A stretch of DNA of 64,000 bases from a virus. The DNA lies in IMG/VR virus record IMGVR_UViG_3300025840_003125, one strand, 5' to 3'. Under the pieces are notes generated by a model. It was not told the DNA's origin and ran no database searches. It worked only from the letters and a program-made list of their open reading frames with translations. This document shows, one piece after another, positions 57,715-64,000 of this stretch. Within the stretch, counting starts at the first letter, position 1, and each line of letters starts with the position of its first letter. The position numbers and the translations under genes are program-made.

Positions 57715-57945
57715 ATGTCAGACAGAATAACAGCTACAATTAATAATAATACTTCGGGACCGAGAAGCGTTTCCGTTACCGTACCATCAGCTTCAACAAG
57801 GTTAAATGCTTTGAGTGATGTAAATGCCACATCATTGGCAGATGGTGCAATGTTACAATATGATAATGATTCTAAAAAATGGACAAGTCGAAATGATATA
57901 AAAACTGAAAGTGGTAATTTAATTCTTAACGGTGGCACATTTTAA
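57715..57945 (+). CDS. Small virion/fibre-associated protein
   Basis: L..LSDV....L.DG..LQYD...KW; ends LNGGTF. Confidence 0.65.
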   Translation: MSDRITATINNNTSGPRSVSVTVPSASTRLNALSDVNATSLADGAMLQYDNDSKKWTSRNDIKTESGNLILNGGTF

Positions 57946-57965
57946 AAAAAAGGGAGAGATTTTAA

Positions 57966-60353
57966 ATGGCAACAATAATCAAAATTAAACGAACCACTGG
58001 TGCTAATGCACCCAGCGGCCTTAACCAAGGGGAACTAGCTTATGTCTATGATACTTCAGCAACCGATAGTGGTGCTGGTGGTAACGGTTATAGGTTATTC
58101 ATTGGTGATCCAACATCTTCATCTAATTCAGCAATTGAAATTGGTGGAAGATATTACACACAACTTTTAGACCACACACCAGGAACGCTAACTGCGTCTT
58201 CTGGTTTAATAGTAGATTCTAATAAAGCAATTGATGAATTGTTTATTGGTAATAATGCTACTACAGGTGGTACAATAAAATTAAACGAAGGTACTAATAA
58301 CGGTGCAAACTTTGTAGCTCTTAAATCTCCCAACTCATTAGCTGCAGACGTTACTTATACTCTTCCAGGTACTTACTCAAACGGTCAATTTTTAACAGTT
58401 GATGGTTCTGGTAATTTAAGTTTTGCTGCTATTCCATCAGGTTCATTTACACTTGCTGGTGATAGTGGTACTGACACATTTACTACTGGTCAAACTTTAA
58501 CGTTTACTGGTGACACAGGAATTACTACATCTATTACAGATAATGAAATAACAATAGATTTAGATGACACTGCTGTAACTCCAGGTAGTTATGGTTCTTC
58601 AACTGCAATTCCAACATTTACTGTTGATCAACAAGGTCGTTTAACAGCGGCTGGTACGGCTACAATATCAACAACTTTAGATATTGCTGCTGATAGTGGT
58701 ACAGACGATGGTGTTGCGTTAGGTTCAGACACATTAACATTTACTGGTGGTACAAACATTGATACTTCAGTTTCAGGTGATACAATTACAATTAGTACAC
58801 ACGCTGACGTACTAACAGCTTCATCAACACATACTTTAACAAATAAAACATTTGACGCAAATGGAACTGGTAACTCTATATCTAATATAGAAGTTGCTGA
58901 TTTTGCTTCAGGTGTTGTTGATACAGATTTAAGTTCTGTTTCTGCAAGTGATAATACACTTGCTTCTGCTAAAGCAATTAAAGCTTATGTTGACTCACAA
59001 GTTACAGCACAAGATTTAGATGTAACAACAGATTCAGGAACAATTGCTATTGATTTAGATAGTGAAACATTATCTGTTTCTGGTGGTACTGGTATTGATA
59101 CGTCTGCTACAGGTAATGCAATTACAGTAGCTATAGACAGTACTGTTGCTACATTAACAGGAAATCAAACTTTACAAAACAAAATAATTGATAGTGCAAA
59201 CAACACTTTAACATTAGATTTATCTGAAGGTACTTTAACTGGTACAATTGCTGAATTTAATAGTGCGTTAAGTGATGGTTCTTTTGCTACATTAGCAGGA
59301 ACAGAAACACTATCAAATAAAACACTTACAGCACCTAAATTTGCTGACGCTGGTTATCTTGCTGACGCAAATGGTAATGAGTTAATTCTATTAAGAACAA
59401 CTGCAAGTGCTGTTAATGAATTACAAGTTACTAACGCTGCTACTGGTGATGGTGTAGAGATTGCTACAACTGGTGGTGATACTAATATTGATTTAGTATT
59501 AAATCCAAAAGGTTCTGGTACTGTTGATGTTAATTCAAGTAGAATTACAAACGTTACTGATCCTTCAAGTGACCAAGACGCTGCTACAAAAGCATATGTT
59601 GATAGTGTTGCAAACGGATTAGATGTAAAAGAAAGTGTTAAAGTTGCTACAACAGCAAATTTATCTGCTACATATGATAATGGTGCAGGAACATTAACAG
59701 CTGGTTCAAATGGTGCAATATCAATTGACGGTGTTACTTTAAGTCAAGGTGACAGATTATTAGTTAAAGATCAATCAACAGATACTCAAAACGGTATCTA
59801 TACTGTAACAACTGTTGGAGATGGTTCAACTGCATATGTATTATCAAGAGCTCCTGATGCTGACACAGCTTCAGAATTAACTGGTGGTACTTTTTTCTTT
59901 GTTGAACAAGGTTCTACAAATGCTGATAATGGTTATGTTGCTACACATAACGGTACACCAACATTTGGTTCTACAAGTATTACATTTGCTCAATTCTCTG
60001 GTGCTGGTCAAATAAGTGCTGGTGATGCTTTAACAAAAACTGGTAATCAATTAGATGTTGCTGTTGACGACACTACAATTGAAATATCATCTGACGCATT
60101 ACAAATTAAATCAACTTATACTGGTCAAACATCAATCACAACATTAGGAACTATCAATCAAGGTACTTGGAATGGTACAGTTATTGACGAAGTATATGGT
60201 GGTACAGGACAATCTTCTTACACTACTGGTGATATTTTATATGCAAGTGGATCAAACACACTTGCTAAATTAACACTTGGTGCAAGTGGTAAAATTTTAC
60301 AATCAGACGGTAGTAATATTGCGTACGGCGACCTAGACGGCGGAACTTACTAA
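57966..60353 (+). CDS. Tail fibre protein
   Basis: MATIIKIKR...GELAY N-terminus; TPGSYGSSTAIPTFTVDQQGRLT; DAATKAYVD; ends LDGGTY. Confidence 0.85.
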   Translation: MATIIKIKRTTGANAPSGLNQGELAYVYDTSATDSGAGGNGYRLFIGDPTSSSNSAIEIGGRYYTQLLDHTPGTLTASSGLIVDSNKAIDELFIGNNATTGGTIKLNEGTNNGANFVALKSPNSLAADVTYTLPGTYSNGQFLTVDGSGNLSFAAIPSGSFTLAGDSGTDTFTTGQTLTFTGDTGITTSITDNEITIDLDDTAVTPGSYGSSTAIPTFTVDQQGRLTAAGTATISTTLDIAADSGTDDGVALGSDTLTFTGGTNIDTSVSGDTITISTHADVLTASSTHTLTNKTFDANGTGNSISNIEVADFASGVVDTDLSSVSASDNTLASAKAIKAYVDSQVTAQDLDVTTDSGTIAIDLDSETLSVSGGTGIDTSATGNAITVAIDSTVATLTGNQTLQNKIIDSANNTLTLDLSEGTLTGTIAEFNSALSDGSFATLAGTETLSNKTLTAPKFADAGYLADANGNELILLRTTASAVNELQVTNAATGDGVEIATTGGDTNIDLVLNPKGSGTVDVNSSRITNVTDPSSDQDAATKAYVDSVANGLDVKESVKVATTANLSATYDNGAGTLTAGSNGAISIDGVTLSQGDRLLVKDQSTDTQNGIYTVTTVGDGSTAYVLSRAPDADTASELTGGTFFFVEQGSTNADNGYVATHNGTPTFGSTSITFAQFSGAGQISAGDALTKTGNQLDVAVDDTTIEISSDALQIKSTYTGQTSITTLGTINQGTWNGTVIDEVYGGTGQSSYTTGDILYASGSNTLAKLTLGASGKILQSDGSNIAYGDLDGGTY
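59217..59299 (+). repeat. 83-bp exact repeat shared with 62024-62106
   Basis: gatttatctgaaggtact...gctacattagcagg identical in two different fibre genes. Confidence 0.85.
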
Positions 60354-60374
60354 TCGTTTATATAAGAGAGATAT

Positions 60375-60833
60375 ATGGCGACAGTTATTAAGTTAAAAAG
60401 AGGTACTGGCACTCCAACTATAAGTGATCTTGTAAGTGGAGAGGTAGCAATTGATACATCATCTCAAAAGTTTTATATCAATGACGCTGGTGTTATAAAA
60501 GAAATAGGTGGTGCGGCTGCTGCTGGTAATGGTGCATTAGTTGATTTAACCGATACAAATTTTACAACTCAACTACCTAGTCAAATTTTAAATTATAATG
60601 GTACTGAATGGAAAAATGATTTTCAACATAATGTTGGTAAAAGAGTACCCTTTACAAAAACAGATGGTACAGAAACCACTCTTGCTCTTGTAAATAATAA
60701 AGATATGACTACAGTTAATGGATTTTTAGATCACGTTGTTGTGCAATCATATTATTTACCGTTTACAACTGCAAATGGAACATCAATACAAACAATTAGA
60801 CCAGGCCATATGCCAACAATGGAAGGAATATAA
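60375..60833 (+). CDS. Short tail-fibre-related protein
   Basis: MATVIKLKRG...L..GEVAI N-terminus like 57966. Confidence 0.7.
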   Translation: MATVIKLKRGTGTPTISDLVSGEVAIDTSSQKFYINDAGVIKEIGGAAAAGNGALVDLTDTNFTTQLPSQILNYNGTEWKNDFQHNVGKRVPFTKTDGTETTLALVNNKDMTTVNGFLDHVVVQSYYLPFTTANGTSIQTIRPGHMPTMEGI

Positions 60834-60838
60834 GATAA

Positions 60839-63800
60839 ATGAGTTCTAAAACACCAATACGAGCAACGTTTAATGGATCTGAAGTATCAGGTCTTGCCGA
60901 ATATCAATCAGGTGAATTTATTGATCTATCACACGGAGGTCTTGGTGCCTCTTTATCTATTGGTACCACAGGTCAGGTTTTAAAAGTCAACTCTGCTGGT
61001 ACAGCTTTAGAATTTGGTAACGTTGAAGCGATTGTAAACATTGATAACGCTATTGATTTAACAAGTTCAACACTTGCGGCTAGTGATCAAATTTTATTAT
61101 CAGATGGTGGAACTGAAGGTAGAGTTACATTATCACAATTAGATACTTTATTTTCTGGCACTACACAAACTCTAACAAACAAAACTTTAACCGACCCTAT
61201 TATTTCAAATACAATTATATTTGAAGGTTCTACAGTTAATGATTATGAAACAACTTTACAAGTTACAGACCCTACTGCTGATAGAACAATTACTTTTCAA
61301 AATGCTAGTGGTACAGTTGCTTTCTTATCAGACGTATCTGGTGGTGGTCAACCTGGTGCATTTACAACATTAACACTTGATAACAACATTGTTTTTGAAG
61401 GTGCTACAGCTGATGAATATGAATTAACTTTATCTGTCGCTGATCCAACAGCAGATAGAACAGTTACCATACCTGACGCCACAGGCACAATAGTATTAAA
61501 AGATACTACAGATACTTTAACTAATAAGTCAATCAGTTTAACAAACAATACATTAACAGGCACATTAGCAGAATTTAATTCTGCTTTATCAGATGGTTCT
61601 TTTGCTTCATTAGCAGGAACAGAAACACTTACAAATAAAACTATTGATAGTGCTAATAACACAATTACTTTAGATTTATCTGAAGGCACTTTAACTGGTA
61701 CTTTATCAGAATTTAATTCTGCTTTATCAGATGGTTCTTTTGCTTCATTAGCAGGAACAGAAACGTTAACTAATAAATCTATAAGTTTAACAAATAATAC
61801 TGTAACAGGTACTCTTGCTGAATTTAATAGTGCTTTAAGTGATGGTTCTTTTGCTACATTAGCAGGAACAGAAACACTTACCAATAAAACTATTAACACT
61901 GCTAATAACACAATTACAATTGTCGAGGCAGACATATCTGATTTACAATCTTACATACTCGCTGACAGTACTGATACGTTATCAAATAAAACAATTGATA
62001 GTGCTTCTAATACAATTACGTTGGATTTATCTGAAGGTACTTTAACTGGTACAATTGCTGAATTTAATAGTGCGTTAAGTGATGGTTCTTTTGCTACATT
62101 AGCAGGTACTGAAGCTCTTACAAATAAAACTATTAGTGGTTCAAGTAACACACTAACTAACGTTGCTAATGCGTCTTTAATTAATTCAACAATTACACTT
62201 GCTGGAGACTCAGGTTCACAAGCAATAGACTTAGGTGACACTTTAACAATTCAAGGTACATCAAACGAAATAGAAACATCACAATCAGGCGATACATTAA
62301 CTATTGGTTTACCAAGTGATGTAACTATCGGACAAGATTTAAGCGTAAGTAGAAATTTAACAGTTACAGGAAACTTAACTGTAAATGGAACTACTACAAC
62401 AGTTAATACAACAAACACAACTGTTTCAGATTCAATATTAGAATTAGCAACAGGTACAACAGGAACACCTGCTAATGACGCTGGTATCGTAATTGAAAGA
62501 GGAGATAGTAACAACGCATTTATCGGATTTGATGAAAGTGCTGACAAATTTATTGTTGGTACTGGTACGTTTACTGGTGCAACATCTGGTGATTTAACAA
62601 TTACAACTGGTACATTAGTTGCAAATTTAGAAGCTACAACTGCTACACTAGGCGGTAGTGATATTCTATCAACTGATAACACTAAAACTTTATCAAATAA
62701 AACTATTAATCTTTCAAACAATACTTTAACAGGTACAGCTGCAGAATTTAATAGTGCATTGAGTGATGGAACATTTGTTGAAATTGACGCTTCACAAACA
62801 TTAACAAACAAAACTTTAACTACTCCTGTTATTTCATCTATTTCAAATACAGGAACATTAACACTTCCTACAAGTTCAGATACATTAGTCGGAAGAGCTA
62901 CAACAGACACACTAACTAATAAAACAATTAGTGGTTCAAGTAACACTTTATCTAATATTGATAACTCATCTTTAAGTAATTCTACAATTACTATTCAAGG
63001 AAGTGATTCAAGTTCAGACGCTGTTGCTCTAGGAGAAACATTAATAATTGCAAACGGTGAAGGTATTACTACAGAAATTGCTTCAAATACTTTAACAATT
63101 ACTGGAGAAGACGCTACAGATACAAACAAAGGTTTGGCTTCATTTAATGCTACAGACTTTTCAGTATCTTCAGGAAATGTTACTTTACAAACAGAAAGAA
63201 TACAAGATATTGCTGGTGCAATGTTCAGTTCAAATACTGAAACATTAATTACAGCAACTTACCAAGATGTTGACGGCACAATAGATTTAGTTGTAGATAG
63301 TAATTTAGCAAACTATGATAACTCATCTTCTGGTTTCATAACAGCTTCATCTACATCAACGTTAACAAATAAAACTTTTGACGCAAACGGTACAGGTAAC
63401 TCAATTTCAAATATTGAAGTTGCTGATTTAGCGTCTGGTGTTTTAGATACAACTTTTTCAAGTGTATCTGTAAGTGATAACACACTTGCTTCAGCAAAAG
63501 CAATTAAGGCTTATGTTGACGCTCAAGTAACTGCTAGTTCATTGGAAATTGCTGGTGATAGTGGTACTGGTTCAATAGATTTAGACACAGAAACTTTTTC
63601 AGTTTTAGGTGGTACAGGATTAACAAGTGCAAGTAGTGGAAATGCTATTACACTTAATATAGACAATGGCGGAGTTGATACTACACAACTAGCAGACGCT
63701 GCTGTTGAAACAGCTAAAATAGATAACCTTGCTGTAACTACTGCTAAAATAAATGATTTGGCTGTAACTAATGCTAAATTAGCTGCTGACTCAGTTGATG

Positions 63801-64000
63801 GAACAAAAATTGCTGATGACAGTATAAATTCAGAGCATTATGTAGATGGTTCAATTGATACTCAACACATTGGTGACGACCAAGTTACAACAGCTAAAAT
63901 TGCTGACTTAAATGTAACTGAAGGTAAAATTGCAAACAATGCTGTTACTGTTGCTAAATTGGCAACTACTTTAGATTTATCATCTAACACAGTAACATTA
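60839..64000 (+). CDS. Long repetitive tail fibre protein (3' partial, at least 1054 aa)
   Basis: ATG 60839 (MSSKTPIRATFNGS...); no stop seen to the window end; TLTNKT repeats; absent from ORF track because unterminated. Confidence 0.85.
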   Translation, partial: MSSKTPIRATFNGSEVSGLAEYQSGEFIDLSHGGLGASLSIGTTGQVLKVNSAGTALEFGNVEAIVNIDNAIDLTSSTLAASDQILLSDGGTEGRVTLSQLDTLFSGTTQTLTNKTLTDPIISNTIIFEGSTVNDYETTLQVTDPTADRTITFQNASGTVAFLSDVSGGGQPGAFTTLTLDNNIVFEGATADEYELTLSVADPTADRTVTIPDATGTIVLKDTTDTLTNKSISLTNNTLTGTLAEFNSALSDGSFASLAGTETLTNKTIDSANNTITLDLSEGTLTGTLSEFNSALSDGSFASLAGTETLTNKSISLTNNTVTGTLAEFNSALSDGSFATLAGTETLTNKTINTANNTITIVEADISDLQSYILADSTDTLSNKTIDSASNTITLDLSEGTLTGTIAEFNSALSDGSFATLAGTEALTNKTISGSSNTLTNVANASLINSTITLAGDSGSQAIDLGDTLTIQGTSNEIETSQSGDTLTIGLPSDVTIGQDLSVSRNLTVTGNLTVNGTTTTVNTTNTTVSDSILELATGTTGTPANDAGIVIERGDSNNAFIGFDESADKFIVGTGTFTGATSGDLTITTGTLVANLEATTATLGGSDILSTDNTKTLSNKTINLSNNTLTGTAAEFNSALSDGTFVEIDASQTLTNKTLTTPVISSISNTGTLTLPTSSDTLVGRATTDTLTNKTISGSSNTLSNIDNSSLSNSTITIQGSDSSSDAVALGETLIIANGEGITTEIASNTLTITGEDATDTNKGLASFNATDFSVSSGNVTLQTERIQDIAGAMFSSNTETLITATYQDVDGTIDLVVDSNLANYDNSSSGFITASSTSTLTNKTFDANGTGNSISNIEVADLASGVLDTTFSSVSVSDNTLASAKAIKAYVDAQVTASSLEIAGDSGTGSIDLDTETFSVLGGTGLTSASSGNAITLNIDNGGVDTTQLADAAVETAKIDNLAVTTAKINDLAVTNAKLAADSVDGTKIADDSINSEHYVDGSIDTQHIGDDQVTTAKIADLNVTEGKIANNAVTVAKLATTLDLSSNTVTL
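61540..62140 (+). repeat. Tandem coding repeats (TLTGTLAEFNSALSDGSFATLAGTETLTNKT, about 4 copies)
   Basis: 58-bp exact repeat at 61569-61626 and 61707-61764; further copies near 61800 and 62030. Confidence 0.85.

Noticed and set aside
59217-62140. Diversity-generating retroelement TR/VR pair or CRISPR array
   Set aside because: Repeats are in-frame coding, either identical or differing mostly at synonymous sites rather than adenine-specifically; no reverse transcriptase, spacers or cas genes in the window.
371-62946. Many antisense or alternate-frame ORFs in the track (e.g. 3071-3460, 11174-11653, 14977-15408, 24318-24716, 47377-47997, 61348-62946)
   Set aside because: They are shadows of well-supported genes on the opposite strand or frame, with no SD or recognisable motifs.
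1-64000. tRNA/rRNA genes, introns, homing endonucleases, integrase or IS elements
   Set aside because: No cloverleaf, LAGLIDADG/GIY-YIG/HNH or recombinase motifs noticed; intergenic spaces are mostly too short. A tRNAscan/Infernal run would be needed to be certain.

Overview
AT-rich 64 kb segment of a T4-like marine myovirus, most likely a pelagiphage or other alphaproteobacterial phage. Host inference rests on an alphaproteobacterial-type PstS and a GAAC-N7-GAAC LexA-type box. The backbone is the baseplate/tail module: gp48, gp53, hub, gp5, PAAR, gp25, gp6, gp7, gp8, a VrlC-like protein and several mosaic tail-fibre genes, with many TATAAATA late promoters. Three accessory regions interrupt it. 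(1) 5.0-12.0 kb: IscA, sulfotransferase, QueC-like ATPase, radical SAM/SPASM proteins, nitroreductase and PstS. (2) 12.0-14.2 kb: a sigma70-driven early island. (3) 30.7-57.0 kb: a ~26 kb enzyme island. Its leftward operon tailors sugars (glycosyltransferases, DegT aminotransferase, carbamoyltransferase, SGNH proteins, radical SAMs). Its rightward operon carries two cobalamin-binding radical SAM enzymes, six 2OG-Fe(II)-type oxygenases, a peroxiredoxin lacking its catalytic Cys, an ACP-like/methyltransferase fusion, a BtuB-like TonB receptor and a TctA/TctC-like transporter; an ATP-grasp ligase operon converges on it. The leading candidate for an undescribed system is this phage biosynthetic/modification pathway that appears to encode uptake of its own cofactor (B12). 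All functional calls come from motif recognition by eye; no database searches were run.
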